64,000 nucleotides of DNA, from positions 22,258,001 through 22,322,000 of the forward strand of contig CP158635.1 of the NCBI GenBank assembly GCA_050273025.1, written 5' to 3'. The position numbers and the translations under genes were made by a program. The notes under the pieces were generated by a model. It was given only the letters and a program-made list of their open reading frames with translations. It searched no databases and was not told the DNA's origin. The stretch comes from Cenococcum geophilum (taxonomy: Eukaryota). Shown in pieces: positions 40,380-52,861 of the stretch (position 1 is its first letter; each line of letters begins with the position of its first letter).

Positions 40380-41168
40380 AGGGTTTACATAAATTTTAGA
40401 AGGGTCTCTATAGCTAACTTATAAGAAAGTTTACGAAGTTAAACTAGGTAGCTCTGTTGCTGTTATATATAAATAGAATATAATAGACCAATTTACTATA
40501 GGGAGCTTCTCTATAACTAACAATTAGATAAGGCTTATATCTAGACTAAATTATAAAAACTTAGTCCGTATTTCCAAAGTATTTAAATTTAAATATACGT
40601 TTTATATAACTCCCGAGCATACTGCTATATCTCTTAATTACTACATTAGTTATAATATGCCTCTAAGTAAGGTACAGCTAGCGACTATTACTAGTTAGGC
40701 AAATAGTATAAAAACCCGCTATATAGATTATAGAATAACTAGTATAGTGCCTTAAAGGTATATTATACCTTACTTCTTAAGGCTTAACCTATATAGAGTT
40801 TAAATGTAGTAATATATTAATATCTTTTAAGGGAACTGTAAAGATTAAGATATAGTAAAACTCTAATAGTGCCAACTAAGCGATAAAGAGGTGGTAGGGA
40901 AAGCTAATATTGCAGCAATAAGCTGTATCTTAATAAGTCTTATAGGGAAAAGATATAAGCCAAGTAGAAATATTGGCATACAAGACCTAAGCTGCTAGTC
41001 TGATAATGCTATAGAGTTCTTATCTATAATAACAGATGCTAAACCTAAGGAACTTATATTATATCCGTTTCTTAAGCAAGCCAAAGCATTAGATCTTATA
41101 TGGCTTACTATTTATACTTTAAGAAATGCTAGGAGTTTTATAGAACCTATTAGAGAAGGAGCATTATA
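40380..41168 (+). pseudogene. Protein-kinase-like (probable pseudokinase) gene, RIP-inactivated
   Basis: De-RIPed SPW.TYEKVYEVELGG..LNHENLV...LATIASQ, intron, CLEGMSYLASQGLTH.EFKCSNILISFEGTVKI..AD.AAI..WSDDAVEFL..L..HPFL. No HRD or DFG is seen. The start is uncertain. Confidence 0.7.
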
Positions 41169-41562
41169 AATTGTTGATTTAGGTTGGATTTAGCCTATTA
41201 CCCTATCCTTATTCCTATTTTAGTTATACTACTACCCCCTATTTTAGGTATATACCCCTCTTCCATATATATAATCTCTTTTTCTTCGTAGTTTAAATAG
41301 AGAGTGTCCTTATTCTTTACTTATATATTAGTATATAGACTACTAATTAACATAGATATTCTACCCCTATCTCTTAATCTATTAGACTTTATAAGAATTT
41401 AGGTCTCTTCTTAAAAAATAATCTATTTATATATATTCTAGGAAATCCTATTAGTTAACCTATTTACTAGTTAAACTAAGACTAGTTAGCCTATTTACCA
41501 GTTAAACCTATTTACTAGTTAAAGCTATTTACCAGTTAAACTGAATAACTAATTAGCCTATT

Positions 41563-44212
41563 TATTACGGCACTAGTAGTATTATAGTACTAGTAAGTTG
41601 CTAGGCAAGTTACTAGGTAGATTGCCGGAAATTGCTATAGATTGCGGTTATATAATACAAGGTTATATAAAACTCCAAGCAGTACTGCCTATCCTTCCTT
41701 TTCCTTTTCCTTTTCCTTCGCTTTAGATTATTATAGCACTAGTAGTATTATAGTACTGGCAAGTTGCTAGGCAGATTGCTGTAAATTGCTATAGATTGCG
41801 GCTACGTAGCGTAAGGTTATATAAAACTCCAAGCGGTTCTGCCTATCCTTCCTTTTCCTTTTCCTTAGCTTCAGATCCTTATTTATAGAGAATCCAATTA
41901 TATAGGCTTGTATATGCCCTCCTTACCGTGCTTATACCTTAATTAACTAAGTTGCTAATATTATCTAAAGCTTATACTACTCTTTCTTCCTAAAAAGGAA
42001 CTTAAATATATCTATAGGACTATAAATAGGATAAGGACATAGAATAGGACCCTAAGGATATTACTAGAACTATAAGGACAGGACCTAAAGGACCTATAAG
42101 GTATATATAGACTAGAACCCCTAAAGAAATTACCTAGAATTACCTAATACCCCTACTACTATGCCATAAAATATAGTAGTAGGTAAAGCAGCTATAGGAC
42201 CCGCAAATACCTTAGATAAAGAAATAATTAATATTTCTACCCCCTAGACCACCTATACCCCACTACCCATACTAGAAACCTAAGGAGTTAGTAGTAACCT
42301 AGCTAAGCCCTTAATAGGAAACTTAGGTCCTATATAGCTATAAAGGAAAGTAAGGAATACTAGACGCTATACTAAACTAATAGACCGGAAGGACAACTTA
42401 TGGAAAATAGAACGTAAGCTAAGGAAGATTATAAACCCTATATTGCAAAATACGGCCTAATAAAGGCCTATAAAGAAATCTACAGACCTCCTACCAGTTA
42501 ATATCTACTGTATTAGCGCTATAGGATTTTACCAGAACTTAGTTTAGCCCAATACTATTACCTTTACAACTAGTTTATATAAAATTAATTGGATTATTAA
42601 GGAAAAGGAAACCCTAGCTTATAACCATCCTAGTAAAGAGGAGGGTAAGCTTATAAACGAGGAGCTAGTAGAACAGAAACTACCCTATTAGTACTAAAAT
42701 TTAAGGATATATTCTCTAAGGTAGTATCTAATATAGTTCCGCCTTACTAACTGTATAACTATAAGATTAAGATTAAACCAGACAAGGAAAATATCCTTAG
42801 CTATACCCCCCTCCGTAAGCAATCTATTGCCGAATTATAGGCCACTAAGTAGTACCTTATTAATAACCTAGTATAGGGGTTTATTAAGCCTAGCTAGGTC
42901 CCTTTAACTTCCTCTATTTTCTTTACTAAAAAGCTAAATAGAGGACTTTATTTCTATATTAACTACTATAAGCTTAATAATATAACCTATAAAGGCCGTT
43001 ATCCACTACCCCTACTTAATAAGACACTAGCCTAAATAAATAGAGCTAAGGTATTTATAAAGCTTAATATTTATTAGGCCCTTTACTAAATTAGGGTAAA
43101 CCCTAGATCTATAAATCTTACTATATTTTAGACTTAATACGAATTATATAAATATAAAGTACTTCCTTTTAGACTAACTAGCAGACTAGCTACGTACTAA
43201 CAATATATAAATAATGTACTCTTTAACTACCTTAACGACTTTTATATAGCCTACCTAGATAATATTATAATCTACTTTAAGAATAAGTTAGAATACAAGG
43301 AGTATGTCTATAAGGTCCTATAACGGCTCTATAAGGCTAGCCTCTAGGCTAATATTAAGAAGTTAGAATTTAGTATAAAACGTATAAAGTACTTAGGGTT
43401 TATTATTAGTATAGATAGAATTAAGGCAGACCTAGAAAAGATAGCCGTAATTAATTAATAGGAACTACTATAGATTATAAAAGGGATATAATTATTCTTA
43501 GGCTTCTATAACTTTTACTAACACTTTATTAAGAACTATAGCAGAATTACTTAGCCTCTTAGCCGCCTTACCTAAAAGAACTAACCCTTTTACTTTAATA
43601 CCGTATATAGGCAGGCCTTTAATAAGCTTAAGAAACGGCTAGTCTCCGCCCCCTTACTCGCCCACTTCTACCTAAAATAGCCCTTAAGGCTAGAAACCAA
43701 CTCCCTAGATAGTATAGTAACTAGCGTTTTTCCTTAGAAGTAACCGGATAGAAAATAGTACCCTATTATATACTATTTAAAGACTTTAATAGATACTAAG
43801 CTAAACTACCCTATCTATAATAAAGAAATACTAGCTATTGTCTCTAGCTTTTAGCACTGGCGCGTATAGCTAAAAGGGACCCCTAAGCCTATCTAGGTAG
43901 TTTTGGATTATAAGGCCCTAAAATACTTTATAATAACTAAGGCCCTTATAGCGCGGTAAGCATGCTAGGTAGATACCCTATCCTAGTTCTACTTCCTAAT
44001 TATATATAGGCTAGGCGCTATAAACTATGTAGACGCTTTTATAAGGCGTAAATAGGACCTAGATAACTAGATAGCCGCAAAGATCTTATTATAGACCTAG
44101 ACGCTACTATAACTAGAGTACCTTAACCCTTAAATATAGGAAGAACTAAGTACTAAACCTTTAAGCGCTAAGATATATCCTATTAACCCTATAAAATTTA
44201 TCCTTATTAATA
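41563..44212 (+). mobile_element. Ty3/gypsy B, left part: partial LTR (41563-41728), LTR (41729-41960), deleted gag/PR, RT and RNase H
   Basis: Tandem T(G)TTACGGCAC starts. RT motifs LRFCIDYRKLN (~42950), AYLDDI (~43250) and FLGFCNFY (~43495); RNase H ETD (~43693). Confidence 0.88.
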
Positions 44213-45191
44213 ACATTAGTATTTTATTAGGGTACTAAGATCCTAGAGGCCTCCTAATGGGGTTTTAATTGTCCTAAAGGTTCTAATCGTCCTAAAAGGC
44301 TCCTGGTAGGCTCCTAGTAAGATCTTTGATTTTCTTAATCGTCCTATAAGGGTCTATTAGAGTCTTAATAGAAAACTAGTATTTCCTAATCGTCCTGTCA
44401 GGTTCATAGCAGGATACCCCCTAAGTAATACCCCTCTTACCCCCCCCCCAAAGCGACACCTATACACACACCCCTTAAGCAACACCCCCCAATGCGATAC
44501 CCCCCAATGCGACACCCCCCCTTAGATGCGCGCGCGACATATAGTGCTATCGGGCGCGACACACAGTGCTATTAGGTCCCCGCTATATTCCTAATAGCCT
44601 ACACGTGCCTCTACTAAGTTACCCCCTTTATAGCCACCTTATCTTTTACCCTTCCTTATATCCTCCCTACCTTAGGAGGCACTAGCACAGCAGCTAGTAG
44701 AGGACCGTCGCCAGAACTAGACGACCGTCGCTAGATGACTGTCGTCAGGGCCAGACGACTGTCGTTAGAGCTAGACAACTGTCGCCAGAGCTAGACGGCC
44801 GTCGCCAGAGCCAGATAACCGTCGCCAGAGCTAGCCGACCGTCATCAGAGCTAGACGACTGTCGCCGGGGCTAGACGACCGTCGCCGGAGCCAGACAACC
44901 GTCGCCGGAGCCAGATGACCGTCGTCGGGGCTAGACGACCGTCATCAGAGCTAGACGACTGTCGCCAGAGCTATAGTTTTGTTCACGACCCCCCCCCCGC
45001 GATTTTTGTACGCCATTCAATCTCGCTTGACCGCCACTAACTGTACATAGTAATCGTAGCGAAGCCATATGCTTGGCTGTAAGAACTCCCTAATCCTGGC
45101 GAATTTGAAGCTATTCGCGATTGGCTTCCCTCCACAGTATCATAATCTTTGTTAAATATTGTGAGGTTTCTACCCGTACTATATTTATAAT

Positions 45192-46230
45192 ATAGCCCCG
45201 CGAATGGGCCTATACCAGTATACCCTAATTAAGGACCTTTTTTAACTTGGAGTAACTTAAGTAGAGTGTGCCTTAGCTGCTAGTTATACACCCTAATTAA
45301 TTACCGCGATTAGGAGGAACTTACGTATATTTGGATTAACTCGGGCGCCTTTAAACGGTAAGGGGGGGGGGTAGTTTTTACTAAGCAATTAAAGAATCGT
45401 GGTAATATTAATACGGCTAGATAAGAAGCCAACCCTCTTTAGTGATAAGTTATAGTAGTTGATCTATAATATGTTTAATCTCATAGTAAGCTAATATATA
45501 ATATTTTAAGAGCTTTACTTAGCTAGTTAGACAAGAAAGCGGGTAAGCTAATTAGATCCTCTATAGACGGAGCTTAGAAAGTAACTTATATAAAGAAGTG
45601 TTGCTAGGTAGCCCTTAAACGAAGCGCTTATAATTATAACATGTATTTCGCCATTATATTATAGTATACCGCCAATTAGCTTATATTTATTAATAAGTTA
45701 GGTATAGATTTAAAGATAGGTATATAGAAGACTGGCTAGGCTCCCTTTGGTATCGCACTAGTCTTATATACGTTATACAATCAGGCTAAGAGGAGGCTTA
45801 ATATATTACCTGCGTATATAATTAACGGCGTACTTATAGCTTTAGTATATAAGGGCTTAATAAATAGTAAAGGCTTTAAGTTCTGGGTGGTAAATACTCT
45901 TCTACTACAGTATAATCGCTTTCTTGCTAAGCAATCTATAGTAGTTATAGATAATACTAGCTTCTATTATTTAGAAAGGATAAAGTCTCTCTTTAACGCC
46001 TTTAGTATTAAGCTAGTATATTTACTTCCCTACTCGCCTAACTTAAATCTAATTAAGGAGTTTTTAGTAAGCTGAAAGCCTTTATTTAATAGGTATAGTT
46101 TAATTAGCTAGAGCATCTAAAAACCTTTAGTAATAGCTTTAAATTATTCCTTCTTTAGTGTATAGATAAAGTAGGTAGCAAAGCTAAGAGCGTAAGAGGA
46201 CATTTCCGCTATAGCGGGTATAATTATTAA
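45192..46230 (+). pseudogene. Tc1-family DD34E transposase, RIP-inactivated
   Basis: De-RIPed FIDESG (~45686), VVMDNASFH and YLPPYSPDLNPIEE; 34 residues lie between the second D and the E position (ORF 45887). Confidence 0.9.
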
Positions 46231-46299
46231 GAAATTAATGCAAGAGTTAAGGTCAAGCTTTAAGATTAAGCCTTAGTGGTGTTCTTAACGTACGCGATA

Positions 46300-47830
46300 T
46301 TTTATAAATATGGAGGAAGCGTAGGCTTTGTCCTCTTACCTAGAGCATATAATTTATATAAGAATTACTATTAAAATCTATACTATAACTCTATAGTTTA
46401 AGCCTATAAAGCCTTACGCTTAATATCTACTAACTAAAGTCCTCTATATCTTTAAAACTTTCCTTAAGCTAAGTACAGCGCTTATTTACCTACTTCTTTA
46501 AATCCTTCTATAGGCGTCTTACAACACCTAATTTAATATTAGTATTAATAAGATCCTTAATAGAATCTGCTCTATTAGATTTGTTATATAAAAGCTTTAA
46601 GTCCCACCTTAAATCGCGTACGACTTTATACGCGGCTTTAATATTAGCCTCTTAGTTAAGATTACCAGCTATACTCTTCTTTTAATGCTTAAAGAACTTC
46701 TCTAGATTCTTCGCGCGGTTAACACCCTATAGGCGGCGTATTAGCAATATAGGTAAGGATAATAAGGGCTGTCGACTTACTAGTGTAGGAGTAGTTTACT
46801 AACCTAATATTAAGCCTATAGAGCTAATATATAAGTAGGTAACTACGCCTAAAGTATTAACCGTAAAGCTCTCGCCTAAGGCAGATTAGCGTACTCTTCT
46901 ACTACTTTTTACTTCTGTTACCGCTCGCTTAGTAAGCTAAATAGTAAGTCTATAAGGTAGATTCTCAATATCCATAATACCTTGCTTAATACCAGTTACC
47001 CACTCCTATAGGTCCTTATCTATTAATTTAATATCTACCTAATTAAGTATGTAACACTAATTAGCGTTTAGGCAGTTCTTTTCATATCGCTAATATCTTA
47101 TAAGATTAATCCGCAAGCTTATTAAATTTATATTATTACTAACAGATATATAAGACGTTATACTAAGCTTAGAGCTCTGCGAAGGCGTTAGAAGTTTACT
47201 ATAGAGTTAATTAATTATTAATAGGCGAGAACTACCTCCTAAATAAGAGGCGGCTAGTTAATTTTTATCTGGAACGTATATAATTAAGAGGTTAACAGTA
47301 AGAGCCTTAATCGCGCCGCGTCTATTAGTGTAGAGAGCCCACGCAATAAGTTACGTATTAACCTTCTACTACTAATCTACAACTTTAGAATCTATATTAA
47401 ACTTAACATTTAAAACGCCTATCTACTAGATATTTAGCTTTACCTTAATCGGTTAAATCTTGATATAAATACCTTACTCTTAACAACGTAGCTCTCTCGT
47501 ATATATAGAGTAAACTTAAAGTTGCTCAAGATTATAGAATCTAAGGCTTACACTAATAAGAGTTTCGGTAAACGCTGGCTCCTTTAAATATCGAATTATT
47601 ACGTTGCAATTGTAAGTAATAGAAACACCACCACTAGCTCTTCCTATGTTATTAATTTTACTTTCTTTACGCAGGTAAGGCAGCGGAGTTATGCCTTCTT
47701 TATCCTTACCTGTGCCTAGTAAAGCGGCCTAAACGACTGCAGGAGTTTAAGGAGTTTAACCAGCTATTTAAGAGGCCGTAGCTTAATATCGTGGTAGTAA
47801 TACATTTGATAATAGGTAGGTAAGATTCTA
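46300..47830 (-). pseudogene. Uncharacterised second ORF of the Tc1 element with a Cys/Trp motif
   Basis: Minus frame ~47100-46950 as read: Y*RYEKNCLNAN*CYILN*VDIKLIDKDL*EWVTGIKQGIMDIENLP (de-RIPed W.C.K.CPN...C......L....L.EWA..I..G..D..NPP). Limits are approximate. Confidence 0.5.
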
Positions 47831-49994
47831 TGTTAAATACGGCGACTTATACGGCGTTAATTAAGTTAATCGGCTAGGTTAACATTAAGAAGCCTGCTAA
47901 CTCTGCAAGTAGTTACGCCACGCCCCTATATTATCCTTATTGTCCTTCTCTGCAGCTTTTAGATCGTCTTCTATTTCTTAAAGCTCCTCTAATATAAAGC
48001 CCAGTTAAACAGCGTTATATTTATATCCCGGCAACCGTTATAGGGCACCCTAGTAGAAGCTCCTTAAAGATATAGGGGTAGATATAGGGGTATGCAATAA
48101 GGAGGAAGGAAGGACAATCCATTAAGTTCGTTAAGAGGAAGAGACACGCCCATTAATCGAGCCGCTATACGTTTTATAGGAGGATTTATATTAAAGGAAG
48201 ACTAATAATTAAACAATACGATTTTAAATTAATATTGAGACCCTAGTAAGTAAGGTAAGTTCTAAATAGCTTTAATTTAATTACCCCTCGCAACCGGAAA
48301 GATTCCTACGTTCAGTTATATAGCTTTACTACGATTACTATATATAGTTAGTGGCGGTTAAGCGAAATTAAATGGCGTATAAAAATCGCAGCTCGCCTAA
48401 GGGGGGGGTGGGGGGGTTGGAAGCTAGTCATGAATAAAGCTGTAGACGACTGTCGCCAGAGCTAGATAACCGTCGTTAGGGCTAGACGACCTTTGTTAGA
48501 GCCAGACGACTATTATTAGAGCTAGACAGCCGTCGCTAGAGCTAGATAACTATCGCCAGAGCTATATAACCGCTGCTATAACCAGATAACAACCGTTTAA
48601 ACGACTAGCCAGCAAACATTATAAACGATTTAATTAATCGATTAATTAAATTAAGGTGATATAGACAGGTAGGTATAGATAGGTAGGCATAAACAAGTAG
48701 GCACAGACAGGTAAGTATAAATAGGTAGGTATAGATAGATAGATAGATAGAAGGACGGATAGACGGACAGGCAGGCAGTTAGTTAGGCAGATAAGTAGGT
48801 AGGTAGGCACTAGGCCAATTAACAATTTAAAGCCTCTATAAAAGACTTCCCCCTTAACGCCTAAGTAGATAACTCTACATTTTATATAGTTATAATATAA
48901 ATATATTTAAAAGTATATTATAGCAATCTATAGGAATATATAATTATTTGGTTATTATATAATTATAATTTATATAGTTACAATTTATATAGTTTTTACA
49001 ATTTATATAGTTTTTACAATTTATATAGTTTTTACAATTTATATAGTTTTTATAATTTATATTTATAAGGCGCATTTTGCTGCATTTTGCTAGCGGGTAG
49101 TGCAAATTTGTTATAAAATGCGCGGTTTGCGTAAAACGCTGTCAACTATATATGACTATGCAAACTGTATAGTCTGCACAGTTTATAGCAAATTGCCGCA
49201 AACCGTAATAACGAGCCAAATTTTTTTTCCTAATAACCCTGCCCTATAACTCTACTGGATTTGCCCCTATTTTTTCTAAAAATAGACTACTTAGCCTATA
49301 TAAGCTTTAACTAAAAAAGACTAAAAAGACCCTAGACTATATATAAGAAACTATTTTATAAGGAAGCCTAGTAGTACGCTATACGCTTAGAAGAAGCCTA
49401 AATAGTAGCCTATATAAACCTAGAAAAAGCCTAGAAATTAATAGAATAGTAGGCAAATAAGTATAGGCGCGAGCCTAACTTTACTATAGGTAATATAGTC
49501 TAGGTTATAATAAGGAACTAGAAGATAAAACAGCTTAGCTATAAGCTAGACTATTAGATAGCAGGACTATATAAGGTTTTTAAAAAAATAGGCAACTTAT
49601 ATAAAGTAAAGCTCCTAGATTTAATTAAGGTCTACCCTATCTTCTTACCAGATAAGCTATAAAAAGCTATAAATAACTTATTGTCTAGATAAAAGAACAA
49701 ATCTCTTGTACTAATTTAAGTTAATAGTAATAATAAATAGGAAATTAAAGAAATACTAGCCTATAAGCTAGTAAGGAAAACGCTAAAGTACTACGTTAGT
49801 TAGAAAGGCTATAACCTAAATCCTACCTAATACCCTATATAGAACTTTATTGGCAGTCCCTATAAGCTTTAAAATTTTTATAGCTATTACTATAATAAAC
49901 TAGAACCCCTAAAGTACCTAGATAAATAGATAAAGTACTAGTATAGTAAAGATAATAAGCTACTAAAAGAACATAAAAATAAGAACGCCGTATA

Positions 49995-50968
49995 TATTAC
50001 GGCGCTAGTAGAACTTAGTAGATATAAGGAGAGCAGTAAGAGAAAAGATACTAGAATAATGGAAAAACAACTGGTAACAGAATAAGAATAAAGGAAAACA
50101 CTATACTAAGATCTGTAAAGGAAGTCATTCCTTTTCTCTTAAAGCCCCTAAGGATAAATATCCTAAAAGGCTATTTTAAATCCTTCTCTAAAGTAATAGG
50201 GGGGGAGGATGAAGATGGTAGATGCTTTAGGGAATGTAAAGCACTACAAACCCCTAGGTACCTACTACTAGACTATAACCTATATAGAGAAGAAAGAAGA
50301 GAAATGCAAAAGAAACTAGGCTCTTCTCTCTCTCTCTAAAAAAGCTATTTTGTACATAAAAAGGAATAAAGGCGCTTTTTCTATTCCTAAGTAGGATAGG
50401 GATAGCTATTGGAAAGTAGCTAATAACAGCAGGATCTATAGAAGGAGGTAACTCCTACTAGGCTCTAAGTAAAGAGATATTAGTAAGCAAAAGGATAGAA
50501 ATAAATTACAAAAGGACAGGGATAGGCGTTAGGACTTCTTATTTCTTATAGTTTTCTACCGCTTTCTCATTCCCTAGTAGTTGCTTATAACTTAGTATTT
50601 TACTAAGAAACTATAAACCCCTAGTTTAGGGGCTTATAAACTACTAGGATATAGTTACTAGTATATATTAAGCTGCCCTAAGGGATTTATGTATATAGAA
50701 CTATAGCGCTATAGCCTAGAGGCTGCATGCGCAGTATTATACGTAGTATAATACAACGGATATAAAAAAAAAGAAAAAAAAGAACTTAGTAGAACTTGTG
50801 GTTACGTAACTAAAGGACTGCATAAAAGAACCCTACTTTAACCAGTGCTGCTCTTTTTCTCCTTTTCTTTCTCTAGCTTTAGATCCTCGTTTATAGACAA
50901 TCTAATTATACAGACTTGTATACATCCTTTTTGCTATACTTATGCCTTAATTAACTAAGTCGCTAATA
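49995..50968 (+). mobile_element. Solo LTR of the B family inserted in the 3' UTR, interrupted by a LINE fragment
   Basis: Starts T(G)TTACGGCGC and ends GTCGCTAATA; 50781-50968 matches the LTR at 51028-51262. Flanks are GTATA and CTATA. Confidence 0.75.
50023..50780 (+). mobile_element. 5'-truncated LINE (Tad1-like) 3' end
   Basis: C-terminal CCHC-like motif CF.ECKA.QTP.(H)LLLD(C) at ~50222-50278, A-rich tail at 50764-50780, and 13-bp flanking repeat AGAACTTAGTAGA (50010-50022 and 50781-50793). Confidence 0.75.
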
Positions 50969-51485
50969 CTATAGGTATAATATAGACATACAAAGCCTAA
51001 GGGCAGGCTTTACTAAAGGGGGGGTAATATTATAGCACTAGCAGAAAACGGCAGAACTTAGTTAGCAGAAAATAGCAAAACTTAGTAAAACTTATGGTTA
51101 TATAACTAGAGGACCATATAAAAGAACCCTACTTTAACTAGCGCTGCTCTTCTTCCCCTTTCCTTTCTTTAGCTTTAGATCCTTATTTATAAACAATCCA
51201 ATTATATAGGCTTACGCGTCTCTCTTACTATATCCGTGCCTTAATTAACTAAGTCGCTAATAGTCTTCCTTCTAGTATGGTAAGGGTTATAATATTTAAT
51301 ATTTACTAGGATATTTTTAATATTATAAATATAAAAAGGCTTACTTATACTATTATTTTATATCTCTATTTTATAGAGGGGTTTAGAGATAAGTATAAAT
51401 AAATAATTAGATAATTTTCTACCGCGTTAGGCAAAGCTTCTAAAATCCTCTAAATTGGTAATAAAGATGGCAAGTAATAGAGCTA

Positions 51486-51894
51486 ACGTACTTTATAAGC
51501 GAGCCGCGAACGTCAAAACTTACCAAAAAATGGAAAAATCGCACCTTAATATCTCGACAACTACTTAATAATAATTAATGCAAATTTAATAGCGGCCTAT
51601 TAACGTAATAACTAACTTATATAGGAAGTATTGGAAATCCTATATAAGCGGAAGTAGGTTAAATAGAAAAAGTGAGGCAATTCCGCCCCTACTTTCCTAT
51701 TTAACCTACTTCCGCTTATATAGGATTTCCAATACTTCCTATATAAGTTAGTTATTACGTTAATAGGCCGCTATTAAATTTGCATTAATTATTATTAAGT
51801 AGTTGTCGAGATATTAAGGTGCGATTTTTCCATTTTTTGGTAAGTTTTGACGTTCGCGGCTTACTTGTATTCGCGACTCGCTTGTGAAGTACGT
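51486..51894. mobile_element. Fot1/pogo-type foldback MITE with ~190-bp arms and TA TSD
   Basis: TA|ACGT...ACGT|TA; near-perfect palindrome centred at ~51680. Confidence 0.9.
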
Positions 51895-52623
51895 TACCTT
51901 AAAGTTTAAAGATTTGCTATACTTATGACAAATACCTTAATTACGCTAGTAGGGAGGGCGGTTAACCTACTCTAACCACACCCTTTATAAGGTAGAGAAT
52001 TCTATAGATGTCTTTATAGAGTTTAAGTTAGTAGTTAGAAGTTAAATTACAAGGCTATAAGGCTAAGGCTAGCGTGCTTACCAAGACTTTATACAGCCAC
52101 ATTTATAGCAGCTATTGTAAGTAAATTACGCTATAATAATTAGGTAACTATTTACACTAACTAGGACTGAAAATCGCTTTAGCAAGAGGTACTAACTAGG
52201 GTAGCAACCTGTATAAATTTACGCGCTATGGTAGATATAAGGCTAATAATAACTTTCTACTATTATAATAAGGCTCAAAGGCTTAGATACGACCCTTATA
52301 TATATTATAAGTAGTAAAAGCTTAATAGTAGTGCTATAGTAAAGGGATGTTAGTATGCTATAAAAGAAGGCTCTCTACAAATTAGGTAAGGAGGTAATAA
52401 TATAAACGTAATTTATAGAGTAGGAAGTGTCTTAAATATTATAAAGTAGCTATATTATATAATATATATATAACTATAGTAAAGCATAACGTGTGCGTAG
52501 AGCTATAGTCGCTTAAAGTTAAAGAGCCCCTTATATCTCCCGGTATAGTGAGTTTTCCACAATATAGGGATAGACGTTAATTAATTAAAGAAAGGGGTTT
52601 AAATAAAACATAGCTCCTATAAA

Positions 52624-52861
52624 TAGAATCTACCTCTTGCTAATTAAGGCTTACCTAGCGCTTTTAACCCCCCTACTATATAGGGGGGCCGCTACCTTAA
52701 ACGTACTATATACTTAAGCATACTAAATATAATAATAGAATTATAAGTAATATAAAGTGTTAGTGTGCTTAAGTATATAGTGCGTTTAAGGTAGCGGCCT
52801 CCTTATATAGTAGGGGGTTAAAAGCGCTAGGTAAGCCTTAATTAGCAAGAGGTAGATTCTA
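52624..52861. mobile_element. Foldback MITE with ~100-bp arms
   Basis: TAGAATCTACCTCTTGCTAATTAAGGC... and ...GCCTTAATTAGCAAGAGGTAGATTCTA, with a ~33-bp loop. Confidence 0.85.

Larger units (their letters stand above)
44974..48442 (+). mobile_element. Tc1/IS630-type DNA transposon (DD34E), 3469 bp, TA TSD, with a second convergent ORF
   Basis: TA|(C)AGTTTTGTTCACGAC...GTCATGAATAAAGCTG|TA, with long subterminal inverted repeats (~44998-45070 vs ~48318-48389). It splits one GAGC-TA-GACGAC unit of the 21-bp array. Confidence 0.92.
44227..49233. mobile_element. Second array-rich non-coding element, related to 11793-13975 in opposite orientation, carrying a nested Tc1
   Basis: 44630-44972 plus 48443-48775 is the reverse complement of ~12540-13195. 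The right end is AAATTTTTTTTCCTAA (de-RIPed CCTGA). The left end TTAGGG (TCAGGG?) at 44227 is tentative. Confidence 0.7.
49234..51262 (+). mobile_element. Ty3/gypsy B-family right part: integrase C-terminus, chromodomain, PPT and 3' LTR (51028-51262)
   Basis: Colinear with the reverse of 62918-63740. Chromodomain EWE..EILA....LKY.VSWKGY (~49735-49815). PPT at 51016-51024. Confidence 0.88.

Noticed and set aside
39900..40380. Possible ferric reductase or Starship captain next to DUF3723
   Set aside because: No recognisable FRE or tyrosine-recombinase motifs were found here or in the other unexplained stretches (51900-52600, 61300-62180).
41169..41562. LTR-like segment with TTTACCAGTTAAAC tandem units
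   Set aside because: No partner LTR, clear terminus or TSD in the window, so it is left unclassified.
44227..44232. TTAGGG as a telomeric repeat
   Set aside because: Single unit; better explained as a RIPed TCAGGG element end.
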